A DNA stretch of 64,000 nt from Candidatus Fermentibacteraceae bacterium (lineage in GTDB: Bacteria; Fermentibacterota; Fermentibacteria; Fermentibacterales; JCC-6). The notes under the pieces were generated by a model. That model saw nothing but the letters and a program-made list of their open reading frames with translations, was not told the DNA's origin and made no database searches. Below, one piece after another: positions 45,548-55,814 of this stretch. How positions within the stretch are numbered: the stretch's first letter is position 1; every line of letters starts with the position of its first letter. The DNA lies in NCBI GenBank assembly GCA_041750285.1, contig JBGSZS010000002.1, positions 64,001 through 128,000 of the forward strand, in the 5' to 3' direction. The position numbers and the translations under genes were made by a program.

Positions 45548-46600
45548 TCAGCCCCCCATGTGGATGGTCCGGGTGGGGAAGGCGAACTCCATGCCGGCAC
45601 CGCTCACGGCGTTCATCACCGAAAGGTTTATCTCCTCGCGCATCCGCAGCCATTCCACATAGTCGGTGGTCTTCACGAAGAACCTCATCTCGATGTTCAG
45701 CGATGAACTCCCGAACTCGGTGAAGAACACGAGGATCGTTTCGTCGTCCACATCGGGGTTGTCCACCAGAAGCTTTCTCAGACTGGCCAGCAGTGACTCC
45801 AGCATGGCGGGGGTGGACCCGTACGTGACACCCACCGTGATCTCCGTGCGCCGCATTGGTCTTTGCGAGAGGTTGTCGATGATCGAGTCGACAACCTCCT
45901 TGTTCGGAATGGACACAAGGGTCTTGCCTATGGTCCGTATCCTGGTGGACCTGAGGCCTATCTCTTCCACGGTGCCCGTGGTGCTTCCGATCTGCACGAA
46001 GTCACCCACCATGAAGGGCTTGTCCATGAAGAGGATGATCGAGCTGAAGAAACCGCTCAGGCTGTCCTGGGCGGCCAGGGCGACAGCAAGGCCGCCGATC
46101 CCGAGGCCGGCGATGATGCCGCTGAGGGGGTATCCAAGCATTTGAAGGAAGAATCCGGCGCCGAGGGCTCCCGCGAGGATCTTCGCCAGTTTCCTGAGCA
46201 CCGGGACCATCTGGTTGTCCAGCCGTGACCCCCCGGCATCGCCGGTCGAACATCTCCGGGACGCGACCGAATCGATGAGTATCCACACCGTCCAGACCAC
46301 GCCGGCCAGGACCAGGAACAGAAACAGCTTCAGGGCGACCGCCGAAAGCCCCGGCGAGATTCCCAGAAGCCTGAGCGATGCGTAGAGACCGCCCCAGAAT
46401 ACTATCATCCCGACTGGTCTTGCCGCGTCCCGCAGAAAGCATGCCAGAACGCCGTCTCCCCTGCCGGCGCTCCTGCGCATGACAAAGGCCGCAAGCTTCC
46501 GGGCAAGGAAGGATGCCGCAGCCAGAACCACGAAGGCAGCCAGCCTGCCCAGGGGGATCCCGGCCACCCCGTAACCTGTGTAATCGTCAAGAAAGCCCAC
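45548..46600 (-). CDS. mscS: Small-conductance mechanosensitive channel
   Basis: AGLGIGGLAVALAAQD, DKPFMVGD, GTVEEIGLRST, IPN, FGSSSL, FAFPT. Confidence 0.93.
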   Translation of the reverse strand: MGFLDDYTGYGVAGIPLGRLAAFVVLAAASFLARKLAAFVMRRSAGRGDGVLACFLRDAARPVGMIVFWGGLYASLRLLGISPGLSAVALKLFLFLVLAGVVWTVWILIDSVASRRCSTGDAGGSRLDNQMVPVLRKLAKILAGALGAGFFLQMLGYPLSGIIAGLGIGGLAVALAAQDSLSGFFSSIILFMDKPFMVGDFVQIGSTTGTVEEIGLRSTRIRTIGKTLVSIPNKEVVDSIIDNLSQRPMRRTEITVGVTYGSTPAMLESLLASLRKLLVDNPDVDDETILVFFTEFGSSSLNIEMRFFVKTTDYVEWLRMREEINLSVMNAVSGAGMEFAFPTRTIHMGG

Positions 46601-46732
46601 TGAGCCGCCTCCCCAAGATGATGACCAAAGTCCGCATACCTGTGCGATTCAACATTACAGCAGTCCCGCGGGGTGTCAACCGTTGACGAAAGGGGATTCT
46701 CTGCCCATTATGGGCGTTCGGAAAGGGGAATC

Positions 46733-47470
46733 ATGACGGACAAATCCCTGAAGACCTACAACTGGTTTCTGCAGGTGGCCCTTGCGCTCCTTATCTTCTT
46801 CGGCTGCCTCAGACCCTACATCATCGAGGCATTTAGAATACCGACACCGAGCATGGAGCGCACCCTTCTCGTGGGGGATCACCTTCTGGTCCTGAAGGTC
46901 GCAAAAGGTCAGTACATCCCCTGGACGGACAGGGCAAGACCTCTTCTGCACGGCTTCAGGGGAGGCCCGCACGGTCTTCTCATGCCCGGCACGGGCACGG
47001 TCAGGCTTGGCGAGGTGATCGTTTTCAGATACCCTGCCCAGCCCGACACCGACTTCGTCAAGAGGGTGGTTGCCCTTTCCGGCGACACCGTGAAGGTAAT
47101 GGGCGATACCCTGTTCGTGAACGGCTCACCTTCCCCCTGGCACGGCATGTTCCAGGATGCCCTTAGCGCAAGCATCATCGACGACGACTGGCCTGCATGC
47201 CTTCCCATGCTCAGGGGAAGGGTTCCAGACCTCGCCTTCGAGGTCCTCGCACGCACCGTCGTTCTCGACAGCCGGGGCGATCCGGCATACGTCGTACCCG
47301 AGGGTCACATCTTCATGATGGGTGATAACCGGGATCATTCCAGCGACAGCAGGATATGGGGTCCCCTCGACGAGAACCTCATCAAGGGCAAAGCCCTTGT
47401 CATTTACTGGTCCTGGCTCCCGGGAAGGGGTTTTCCCGACCTGTCCAGGGTGACCATGCTTGTGAGGTGA
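46733..47470 (+). CDS. lepB: Signal peptidase I
   Basis: IPTPSMERTLLVGD (Ser), FVKRV (Lys), MGDNRDHSSDSR. Confidence 0.95.
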   Translation: MTDKSLKTYNWFLQVALALLIFFGCLRPYIIEAFRIPTPSMERTLLVGDHLLVLKVAKGQYIPWTDRARPLLHGFRGGPHGLLMPGTGTVRLGEVIVFRYPAQPDTDFVKRVVALSGDTVKVMGDTLFVNGSPSPWHGMFQDALSASIIDDDWPACLPMLRGRVPDLAFEVLARTVVLDSRGDPAYVVPEGHIFMMGDNRDHSSDSRIWGPLDENLIKGKALVIYWSWLPGRGFPDLSRVTMLVR

Positions 47471-47477
47471 GGTTCAA

Positions 47478-48404
47478 ATGACGATTCTGCCCTATTCCGA
47501 GGTTCTTTTCGGGCGGATCCCCGTCGAATTCCTCAAGCTGAAGAAGGTCCTGGACAGCGCCATGGACAACCGTGATTACCGGCGGGACGGCTACTGGGAG
47601 GTGTCCTCCGACGACGAGGTCCTGGCAAGGCTCATCCTGAAGGGCGGGCGTCCCTACTACATCCACGGAAACCCCAGCCTCGATTCGGCGGCCTTCATCA
47701 ACTGGATGGAACACGAGACCCGTGAGATCAGCCTAACGGTCCGCTTTCTGGCGGAAGGCTGCCTTCCCTCCCTGATGAAATACCTCAGGGACGACCCCGT
47801 CCTGACCGACCTCGAGAACGGACAGGGCGAGGTCCTTCAGCTCCTTCACTCACTTCGGACTTCGGGCGAGAGCGGTCTTGTCAGCCTTCGTTACCCTCAG
47901 GGCACGCTCCTCATTCCGGTAAGGGAGGGGAAGGTGTCTCGGGGGTGGGGCTCGGGTTGCACCTTCATGGGAAGGAAACTCGTCGATTTCCTGAAGGACG
48001 GCGAAACCATCGATGGTGTCGCCGAGTTCAGGGAGGGCGATGTGAAGGATCTTTCTCCACTCGGCATTGCCGAGGTTTCCGTGATCCTCGGATCCGTGAA
48101 CTCGTGGCTCGATTCACTCAGACCGGTCTGGCCCCAGTGCGAGGGCGCCATCCCCGAGCTTCTGGCAAAGCTCAAGAAACGCGATGAATGGATGAGTCCT
48201 CTCGATTACGAGAGCGGCGACAACCTGTTCCTTCGGGAACAGCTGTCGGACACCAGCCTCTTCCCCGACGCAATGGCAACGTTCGTGAGCAACCTGTGCA
48301 AGAAACACCCTTCCCCGACCACAGCGATGAAGCTCTTCACCAGCATCAACCGCGGCAGGGAGGCCGTCCTCTCCTCGGTGGGCATGCTGGAGAAACTGGT
48401 TTGA
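47478..48404 (+). CDS. Hypothetical soluble protein
   Basis: 308-codon ORF with GAGG RBS directly after lepB and host-like codon usage; no motif recognised with confidence. Confidence 0.75.
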   Translation: MTILPYSEVLFGRIPVEFLKLKKVLDSAMDNRDYRRDGYWEVSSDDEVLARLILKGGRPYYIHGNPSLDSAAFINWMEHETREISLTVRFLAEGCLPSLMKYLRDDPVLTDLENGQGEVLQLLHSLRTSGESGLVSLRYPQGTLLIPVREGKVSRGWGSGCTFMGRKLVDFLKDGETIDGVAEFREGDVKDLSPLGIAEVSVILGSVNSWLDSLRPVWPQCEGAIPELLAKLKKRDEWMSPLDYESGDNLFLREQLSDTSLFPDAMATFVSNLCKKHPSPTTAMKLFTSINRGREAVLSSVGMLEKLV

Positions 48405-48411
48405 TGCGGGG

Positions 48412-49068
48412 CTACGAAAGCCTGTCGAAATCCTCGCGGCTGCCGATCAGCCAGAGAAGGTCACCCTCTTCAAGGAGATCGTCGGGAAGAGGCACGCGGT
48501 AGTCGTACCCGTCCTCTATCTTCTTTCCGAAGAAAGCAATGTTGACCCCGTAGATCCTTCTGATGTCAAGGTCTTTGATGCGCTTGTTGAGCATCTCGCG
48601 GGCGGGTTCGGTGATCCTGAGCTCGATGCCCGACCTGAGGGGCACGTACTCCTTCACGCCGGTGTAGGTGATCGCCCTGGCCTTGTTGATCCCCTGTTCG
48701 TGTTCGGGTCTGTAAACCTCGTCGGCTCCGACTGCAACGAGTATGCGCTGTTCCCTGTCCGACCCGGCGCGGCTGATGACCCTGAGCCCCATGTCCTTCA
48801 GGATACGGGTGACAAGTACGTTCGTGCCGAAATCCTCACCGATCGCCACGACGGCCAGGTCAACCGAAGCCAGACCGTGCCCCCTCAGCAGGCTTTCATC
48901 GGCGCAGTCGAAACAGACCGCATTGTAGACCCTGTTGCTTATCTCCTGGATCTTCTTCTCGTTCCTGTCGATGGCGATGACCTCGACGCCCTGCCGTTCC
49001 AGTTCCATCGCAAGGCTGCTGCCAAAGGCACCAAGGCCTATCACAGCTATCTTGGCGGGTTTGTCCAT
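48412..49068 (-). CDS. ktrA: Ktr/Trk potassium uptake system, RCK subunit
   Basis: AVIGLGAFG, VIAID, VVAIGED, GAD...PE, TrkA-C domain. Confidence 0.92.
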   Translation of the reverse strand: MDKPAKIAVIGLGAFGSSLAMELERQGVEVIAIDRNEKKIQEISNRVYNAVCFDCADESLLRGHGLASVDLAVVAIGEDFGTNVLVTRILKDMGLRVISRAGSDREQRILVAVGADEVYRPEHEQGINKARAITYTGVKEYVPLRSGIELRITEPAREMLNKRIKDLDIRRIYGVNIAFFGKKIEDGYDYRVPLPDDLLEEGDLLWLIGSREDFDRLS

Positions 49069-49078
49069 TCTTTCCTGC

Positions 49079-50860
49079 CTACCCTATCGTGACCCTTGCT
49101 TCAGGATAGAGATACTTCGAAGAATCCACCCTGAAGGTTGCCGCAGCCAGCGTTGCCGGTACCGTACGCCCTATGAACATGGTAATGATAACGATCCACC
49201 TTCCCAAAGTGGTAAGGCCCGGTGTGACCCCGGTGGAGAGCCCCACGGTACCGAAGGCGCTCATGGACTCGAAAACATACTCCATGGGTTCCCGGGAACC
49301 CATGGAGGACTTTTCCGAAAGGAGCAGGGAAAACGCCGACACGGAGAAAACCAGGAAACCTATCGTGAACATGGCTCCCGCCCTTCTCAGGTCGAAGTTC
49401 GGGATCCTTCTCTTCCAGATCTCGGGGTTCAGCCTTCCCGTAAGAAGCGACCTGGTGGAGAGGAGCATGAGACCGAGGGCTGTTGTTTTCACGCCGCCTC
49501 CGGTACCTCCCGGGGAGGCTCCCACGAACATCAGAAGGATGAACAGCCAGCGGATCTGTGGCAGAAGGGAAGCCGTGGGCACCGTGTTGAAACCCGCCGT
49601 TCTCGGTGTGACGGCCTGAAGGAATGAGTTTGCCAGCTTGTCTTCGAGGTTCATCCCCTTCAGGGTGTTGTTCCACTCCAGACCGAGGAACGCCGTGAAA
49701 GCAAGTACGATCAGTATGAAGGTCATCAGGCAGACGAAACGGGCCTGAATGGGAAGCTGGGTCCGGCGTCCCGTCCTGATGAACCCGACCCACCGCATGG
49801 CTATCGCGGTGAGCACCCCGAAACCCATGCCTCCCAGGACGATGAGCGAGCCGATGATCACCGATGTCGCAGGAGACCCGCTGAAGCCCTCGAGTCCGTT
49901 CGAGTTGAGGCTGAAACCGGCGTTGCAGAATGCGCTTACGCTGTGGAAAACGGACTGCCATATCAGCTCGCCGGTGCCCCATTGCGGTCTCAGGCCCCTC
50001 CATGTGGACATGAGCATCAGGGCTCCCACGATCTCGATGACCAGAGTCCACATGATTATGGAGAGGATGATCTGCTTCAGGTCGCTTATGAAGTCGCTGT
50101 CCATCAGACGGCTCAGAGAAAAGGCGTCGCGAAGGCTCAGGTTCTTCCCGAGGGAAAGGGCGAAGAATGCGGCGAAGGTCATTATTCCCAGCCCACCGGT
50201 CTGGATGAGCAGCAGTATTATGGACTGTCCGAACACGGTGTAGCCGTTCTCGGTGTCGATCACTGTGAGACCCGTGACGCAGGTGGCGCTTGCGCTTGTG
50301 AAGAAGGCATCGGTGAAGGTGATCGTGAAGCCCTCGGGCGTGGCCTTCGGATGCATCAGAAGCAGTGCTCCCAGCAGGATCGTGATGAGAAAGCTAGCGG
50401 GAAGGACCAGGGCGGGGTTGAGTCTGCCGGCGAGCCTGATGATCATTCTCAGTATGACACGGCCAGCCATCAGGAAGGCGTAGAAGGAAGCCGTAACGCC
50501 CGGTGCGGGAATCCAGCCGGCATCCCACCCCGCAAGCCCCGCAGTGAAATGGAGCAGGACACCGGAAAGCATGAGGACGCTCATGACCAAAAACCACGGT
50601 GTGTGCCTGTCCGGAACGAAACCGTCCCGTTTTGTCAGGAGGGGCACAAGGGCGAACAGCACGCTCTCCAGCACGAAGAAAAGGGTAATGGACTGAAGCA
50701 GGCTTCCGCCGCTGATCTGGAAGTAGTGCCTGGTGGCAAACAAAACCATGACCAGCAGGCAGTTGGCGAATCCGTAGACCAGTCTGCCGAACCTCTTCAA
50801 GGATGCTTTCCCTTCCGCTGCGGATTGGAGCATATTTATCCATAACCGCCCAAAGGTCAA
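49079..50860 (-). CDS. ktrB: Ktr/Trk potassium uptake system, membrane subunit with N-terminal TM extension
   Basis: FTSASATCVTGL, IQTGGLG, SAFCNAGF, GGMGF, PRTAGFN, GASPGGTGGGVKTT, SAFGTVGLS; start uncertain (TTG 50860 or ATG 50833). Confidence 0.93.
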   Translation of the reverse strand: MTFGRLWINMLQSAAEGKASLKRFGRLVYGFANCLLVMVLFATRHYFQISGGSLLQSITLFFVLESVLFALVPLLTKRDGFVPDRHTPWFLVMSVLMLSGVLLHFTAGLAGWDAGWIPAPGVTASFYAFLMAGRVILRMIIRLAGRLNPALVLPASFLITILLGALLLMHPKATPEGFTITFTDAFFTSASATCVTGLTVIDTENGYTVFGQSIILLLIQTGGLGIMTFAAFFALSLGKNLSLRDAFSLSRLMDSDFISDLKQIILSIIMWTLVIEIVGALMLMSTWRGLRPQWGTGELIWQSVFHSVSAFCNAGFSLNSNGLEGFSGSPATSVIIGSLIVLGGMGFGVLTAIAMRWVGFIRTGRRTQLPIQARFVCLMTFILIVLAFTAFLGLEWNNTLKGMNLEDKLANSFLQAVTPRTAGFNTVPTASLLPQIRWLFILLMFVGASPGGTGGGVKTTALGLMLLSTRSLLTGRLNPEIWKRRIPNFDLRRAGAMFTIGFLVFSVSAFSLLLSEKSSMGSREPMEYVFESMSAFGTVGLSTGVTPGLTTLGRWIVIITMFIGRTVPATLAAATFRVDSSKYLYPEARVTIG

Positions 50861-50884
50861 GCACCCTGCCTGGAAGGAGCCTCA

Positions 50885-52147
50885 ATGCACCCGGCAAAGT
50901 ACGAGAAGTTCCTTGGTCTGCGTCCGGTGAACGTGCGGAACGCCATGCCCGGAAGCCTTTGCGGCCTGGCATCGGGAAGGGACATCGCTCTCGCCGCCCT
51001 GCGGTCCGACGCTATCGTCATGGCCTGCAACATACGCCACCACATGTGCATCCCCGGCATATTCAGGGCCGCCCGCAGGGCCGACTCAGTCGTGATGCTC
51101 GAGCTTGCCAAGTCCGAAGCCACGTATACCGGGGTTTCCTTCGAGAACCTTCCGGGAGCCGCAGCCCATGTTTCGAGCCTCCTCGGCGACGGGATCGTCT
51201 TCGGCCTCCACATGGATCACTACGCGGTTAAGTCCCCGGCGGAGCGTGATCACGCCATGAAGGCAATTCCGGCTGCGATAGGCTGCGGCTGGACCAGCGT
51301 CGCGATAGACGCAAGCCACAACCCGGACTGGGAGAACCTTTCCTACACCCGCGACGTTGCCCTGAGCATCCCCCCCTACATCGGTCTCGAGGCGGAAGTG
51401 GGAGAGATCCGGGGTGGAGACGTGCTCACGACCGTTCAGGAGGCCGAGTACTTCGTCGGCGGTTTGAACAGCTGGGGGGTCTTTCCCGATTTTCTTGCAA
51501 TAAGCAACGGCTCGAAGCACGGCACGTACGACAGCGCTTCAGGCGAATCCGAGGGGATCAACCTCGGACGCACGGGCGAGATCGCCCGGGCCATCGAGCC
51601 TTACGGCTGCGTCATCGCACAGCACGGGATAAGCGGCACTCCGCTCCACAAAGTGGGGCTTTTCACGAAGTACGGCATACGCAAGGGCAACGTGGGAACC
51701 CTCTGGCAGAACATCCTCTTCGGTCTTGACGTCGATCCGGAGAGCGGCAACGCCTACACGGAGAACGGCAGGTGGGTCAAGAGACCGGACCGCGGCATCC
51801 CCACGGAACTCTGGAACGAGATGACCGCCCATGCTGATTCCATGGGCATGTCCGGCAACTCCGGAGACTACAAGAAGCTCAACCTTCCGTTCCACCACCG
51901 GATCATGGCCGTGGGCGGGGAATACCGGACCAGGATCATCGACGAGACAGAGCGCTGGGCCCTCAGGTTCTTCGAAGCCTTCAACTCGGTCGGAACCGCG
52001 ACCGCTCTTGTGGACGCGGTGGTGGAGAGGGGCGACTGGAACAGCTCGCCCTGCAGGAAGATCATTGTGGACAGGGGCGTTTTCGGAGCACACAACCCGC
52101 CCGACGCAGGAACGGCCGAAGCCGTGAAGGGTGATTTCTCTGACTGA
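50885..52147 (+). CDS. fba: Class II fructose-bisphosphate aldolase
   Basis: MACN, ELAKSE, HMDH, IDASH, EAEVGEI, SNGSKHG, AQHGISG, KGNVGT. Confidence 0.9.
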   Translation: MHPAKYEKFLGLRPVNVRNAMPGSLCGLASGRDIALAALRSDAIVMACNIRHHMCIPGIFRAARRADSVVMLELAKSEATYTGVSFENLPGAAAHVSSLLGDGIVFGLHMDHYAVKSPAERDHAMKAIPAAIGCGWTSVAIDASHNPDWENLSYTRDVALSIPPYIGLEAEVGEIRGGDVLTTVQEAEYFVGGLNSWGVFPDFLAISNGSKHGTYDSASGESEGINLGRTGEIARAIEPYGCVIAQHGISGTPLHKVGLFTKYGIRKGNVGTLWQNILFGLDVDPESGNAYTENGRWVKRPDRGIPTELWNEMTAHADSMGMSGNSGDYKKLNLPFHHRIMAVGGEYRTRIIDETERWALRFFEAFNSVGTATALVDAVVERGDWNSSPCRKIIVDRGVFGAHNPPDAGTAEAVKGDFSD

Positions 52148-53405
52148 CCTTTACCTGTCCGGCCCACGGGTTCTCAACCCGGCCCGGGGAACCGATTCGG
52201 TCTCGGATGTTCTGATCCGCGGCGGAAAGGTGGTCTGCCCCGTCTCCGGCCCTGTCCCTCCGGGTTGCGAGATGATGGACTGCAGGGGTCTCTGGGTATT
52301 GCCGGGACTCGTGGACATGCACGTACACCTGAGAACGCCCGGCAACACGGGCGCAGAAACGCTCGAGTCCGGTCTCAGGGCGGCTATCGCCGGGGGGGTC
52401 ACGACCGTGGCGTTCATGCCCAACACCACGCCTCCCGTCGACGATCCGGAGCTCGCTGAGAGGCTCATGCGCACGGCCGAAAGCCTGAAACTGGCGGCAG
52501 CGATCCCCGTGCCCTGCGTCACCGTGGGCGGCGCCGGCGGTCCCCTTGCCGACCTCGAGGCGTTTGCTTCCCTGGGCATCAGAGCCTTCTCGGATGACGG
52601 CCGTCCCGTGGTGCCCGACAGTTCATTCCGGCAGGCATGCGAGCGGATAGCCTCCTTCGGGGGCGTTCTCATCGAGCACCCGGAGGACACTGAACTCGCA
52701 GCCGGCGGAGTCGTGAACCTCGGTCCCGTTTCGACGGCCCTTGGCGTTCCGGGCCTCTCCGAGGAGTCGGAGTGGTCGGATGCGGCGAGGTGCGTATCCC
52801 TTCTCGAAGGCACCGGCGCCAGGCTGCACCTTACCCATCTTTCAAGCCCGGAATCCGTGAGGATCGCCAGCCGAGCCGCTTTGAACGGGCTTTCCGTCAC
52901 CTGCGACGTCACGCCGCACCACCTTGCGCTCAACCACCATGTCGTCCAGGCTCTCGGAAGCAACGCTAAGATGAACCCCCCGCTTCGCTCGGAGGAGAGC
53001 AGACGGGAACTGGTGTCCATGTGTGCCCGGGGTCTCGTTGGTGTGGTGGCGAGTGATCATGCACCCCACACCCGGGAATCGAAGGAACGTCCCCTTGAGT
53101 CCGCCGCGTTCGGGGTCACCGGCCTCGAAACCCTCCTTCCTGTAACGATGGGCGTTCTGTCAGGTGAGGGGGGGATGTCGCCCCTTGCAGTCACGGCCAT
53201 GCTTTCCACCGCGCCGGCCTCAGTGCTGGGCATTGCGGTTCCGGACCTGTGCAGTGATGCCTGCGATTCTCTGGTTCTTTTCGATCCGGGAGAGGAGTGG
53301 GTCTATCAGGGCGGCTGCTCGCTTTCACGTAACACGCCGTTCCTGGGCACCCGGCTCACGGGAAGGGTGGTCATGACGCTCTGCAGGGGGAGGGTCTTCC
53401 AATGA
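52131..53405 (+). CDS. pyrC: Dihydroorotase (type I)
   Basis: PGLVDMHVHLRTPG, GGVTTVAFMPNT, FSDDG, HLS, TPHHL, KMNPPLR, SDHAPH; start may be CTG 52140. Confidence 0.95.
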   Translation: MISLTDLYLSGPRVLNPARGTDSVSDVLIRGGKVVCPVSGPVPPGCEMMDCRGLWVLPGLVDMHVHLRTPGNTGAETLESGLRAAIAGGVTTVAFMPNTTPPVDDPELAERLMRTAESLKLAAAIPVPCVTVGGAGGPLADLEAFASLGIRAFSDDGRPVVPDSSFRQACERIASFGGVLIEHPEDTELAAGGVVNLGPVSTALGVPGLSEESEWSDAARCVSLLEGTGARLHLTHLSSPESVRIASRAALNGLSVTCDVTPHHLALNHHVVQALGSNAKMNPPLRSEESRRELVSMCARGLVGVVASDHAPHTRESKERPLESAAFGVTGLETLLPVTMGVLSGEGGMSPLAVTAMLSTAPASVLGIAVPDLCSDACDSLVLFDPGEEWVYQGGCSLSRNTPFLGTRLTGRVVMTLCRGRVFQ

Positions 53406-55051
53406 GGAGGCTTGCGGGATTCGCGCTGCTTCTGGTTTTCCTGCCGGGCTGCGCATACTTCAACACCTTCTACAATGCCAGGAGGAAATACGACGAGGCT
53501 CTGGTGCTGTACCGCGCCAACCCCGACAACCCTTCCGCAAACGAAGAGGCCCTGCTCGACGATGCCATCTACGGGGCCGGCAAGGTTCTGGCCAACTACC
53601 CCGAAAGCCGGTGGGTCGACGACGCACAGCTTCTGCTGGGTGACGCATTCCTTCTCAAGGGGCAGCGCACGTTGACCGGCAGCGGCACCTCCAGCTTCCA
53701 GGATGCAATGATGGCATACGGGGCCGTTCTTGTGATGAGCGGAGACCAGCGGGTACTGGACAGGGCAAGCCTGGGAATGGGCAGGGCCGCAATGCTTCTC
53801 GGGCGTTACAGCGACGCCGCCGCCGCCTTCCGCGAGGTGAGTTCGCAGGACCGCAGGCTTCACGCACAGTCCAGGCTTCTGCTTTGCGAAGCGTTGCTTC
53901 AGTCGGGGCTTGGCGGGATGGCGCTGTCGGTGCTCGACACGCTTACGCCCCGCGGAGGCGACAGCCTGAGGGCAGAGTACTACATAACCCTGGGCAGGAC
54001 ACTGACGGAGATGGGGCTGCCAGACAGCGGCGCCGTTACCGCCCTTCGGGCCGTCGAAATAGAAACCCGTGGAACTGTTTACTACAGGGCCAACATGGTG
54101 TCCGCCGAAGCATGGATATCGGCGGGCCGGGCCGACATGGCCTCAGCGGTCCTCAACCGCCTTCTTGGCAGCTACCGCACGAACAGTGAGATGGCCGCCA
54201 TATCGCTTCTGAAGGGCAAGGCGGACCAGGCCGCCGGAAACATCGGGGGAGCTCTCCAGGCATACCTCGACGCGTCTGAGTACGATACGAACCGTGAGTC
54301 TGGCGCCGAAGCCCTCTATCTGAGGGCGCTGCTTCTGGAAGAGCAGGGCAGGATAGACGACGCCCTCGATGCCCTGGCCTCCCTTGCATCGCGTTCGGGT
54401 ACCAACCTCTGGACCAGGGTCGCGGCGGACAGGCAGCGTGAGCTTTCGCTTCTCAGGCAGTACCAGGAGAAACTCGCTCTTTCGGGGAGTGAGGAAAGGT
54501 ACAGGTACCGTCTTCTCATGGCGGAGAAGAGCCTCGACCTGTACGGCCGCACGCCCGAAACTGTGCTCGAACTCAGGGACATCGCACGAAACGCCGACCC
54601 CCTTCGAATGGCCATGGCGATGAGCCTTCTGGCGGATATCGAGGGCACTCCGCCCGATTCCGCGGCCCAACTCCGCCTTTCCGTGCTTTCCATAGCCGAC
54701 AGCTCGGACCTTGCGGGAAGGATCGAAACACTTCTCGGGCTCCCTCCCGGCCCCTCCGCGAACGTCAGACCCGGGGCCGTCATCGAAAGGGCCTTTCGCG
54801 ACATGGAGGCGGGAAGGTACAGTGCCGCATGGGAGTCGATCGATGCGCTGCTCGATTCCCACTGGAGCTACGAGATCAGGGAACAGGCTCTCTGGGCGGC
54901 GTACAAGGCAGCTGACGGCGCCGGCATGGAGCACACCCTTGTCGAATCCTACCTCCGTGAACTGCTGAGGGACTATCCCGACACTATCGAGGGCGCACAG
55001 GCCGCCCTAAGGCTGAATGCTGCCCGCGATGAAGGCGGGGAGGAGGAGTAG
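53402..55051 (+). CDS. TPR-repeat lipoprotein
   Basis: Lipobox LPGC followed by AYFNTFYNA; YPESRWVDDAQLLLG and further helical repeats. Confidence 0.85.
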   Translation: MRRLAGFALLLVFLPGCAYFNTFYNARRKYDEALVLYRANPDNPSANEEALLDDAIYGAGKVLANYPESRWVDDAQLLLGDAFLLKGQRTLTGSGTSSFQDAMMAYGAVLVMSGDQRVLDRASLGMGRAAMLLGRYSDAAAAFREVSSQDRRLHAQSRLLLCEALLQSGLGGMALSVLDTLTPRGGDSLRAEYYITLGRTLTEMGLPDSGAVTALRAVEIETRGTVYYRANMVSAEAWISAGRADMASAVLNRLLGSYRTNSEMAAISLLKGKADQAAGNIGGALQAYLDASEYDTNRESGAEALYLRALLLEEQGRIDDALDALASLASRSGTNLWTRVAADRQRELSLLRQYQEKLALSGSEERYRYRLLMAEKSLDLYGRTPETVLELRDIARNADPLRMAMAMSLLADIEGTPPDSAAQLRLSVLSIADSSDLAGRIETLLGLPPGPSANVRPGAVIERAFRDMEAGRYSAAWESIDALLDSHWSYEIREQALWAAYKAADGAGMEHTLVESYLRELLRDYPDTIEGAQAALRLNAARDEGGEEE

Positions 55052-55061
55052 GGCCGTTATT

Positions 55062-55814
55062 ATGGCAGCCCCCCGTGATTTCGACGGAATCGTGACCTGC
55101 GTGGAAGGGCTTTGTCCGGGCGTTCTGCGGATCGCCGTGAAGGCGCATGATTTTGCGGGTGAGCCCGGCCAGTTCGTGGAGATGGAGCCCTCGCCGGACT
55201 GCTTTCCCATGACAAGACGCCCCTTCACCATAAACAGGCTTCTCCCGGGGGGGTTCGAGGTGGTCTTCGAGGTCCTTGGCCGGGGCACCGGACTTCTTGG
55301 GAGGCTCGAACCGGGTGACGGGGTTCGCACCCTTGGCCCCCTGGGCAGAGGGTGGCGGCTCTCTCCCGGAAGATGGCTGCTCGTGGGAGGCGGGATGGGC
55401 GCCGCGGGTTTTCCATTCCTCGCCGCTTCCCTTTCCGAACCTCCCCTTGTCCTTCTGGGCGCCTCCACGTCGGAGAGGCTTCTGCACACGGGCGGCGACC
55501 AGCGCACGATAACCGACGACGGCACATCCGGAGTGAAGGGCAGGGTGACGGACCTTCTCGGGTCCGTGGATCTCGATGCCTTCTCGACCGTTGCCGTCTG
55601 CGGTCCCCTCCGGATGCTGAAGGCCGTGTGGACTTCCCTTCCCGACCGGCACAGACACAAGGTTCAGGTCTCCACCGAGAGCAGGATGGGGTGCGGCTGG
55701 GGCGTGTGCGAGGGCTGCTCCATACCTGTCCCGGGTGGCGGCTACAGGAAGTGCTGCACCGACGGACCGGTTTTCACGGGTGAGGAACTGGATTGGGACA
55801 GGTGGTCCGAATGA
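55062..55814 (+). CDS. pyrK: Dihydroorotate dehydrogenase electron-transfer subunit
   Basis: PGQF, RRPFT, GPLGRG, GGGMG, CGP, MGCGWGVCEGC...CTDGPVF. Confidence 0.93.
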   Translation: MAAPRDFDGIVTCVEGLCPGVLRIAVKAHDFAGEPGQFVEMEPSPDCFPMTRRPFTINRLLPGGFEVVFEVLGRGTGLLGRLEPGDGVRTLGPLGRGWRLSPGRWLLVGGGMGAAGFPFLAASLSEPPLVLLGASTSERLLHTGGDQRTITDDGTSGVKGRVTDLLGSVDLDAFSTVAVCGPLRMLKAVWTSLPDRHRHKVQVSTESRMGCGWGVCEGCSIPVPGGGYRKCCTDGPVFTGEELDWDRWSE

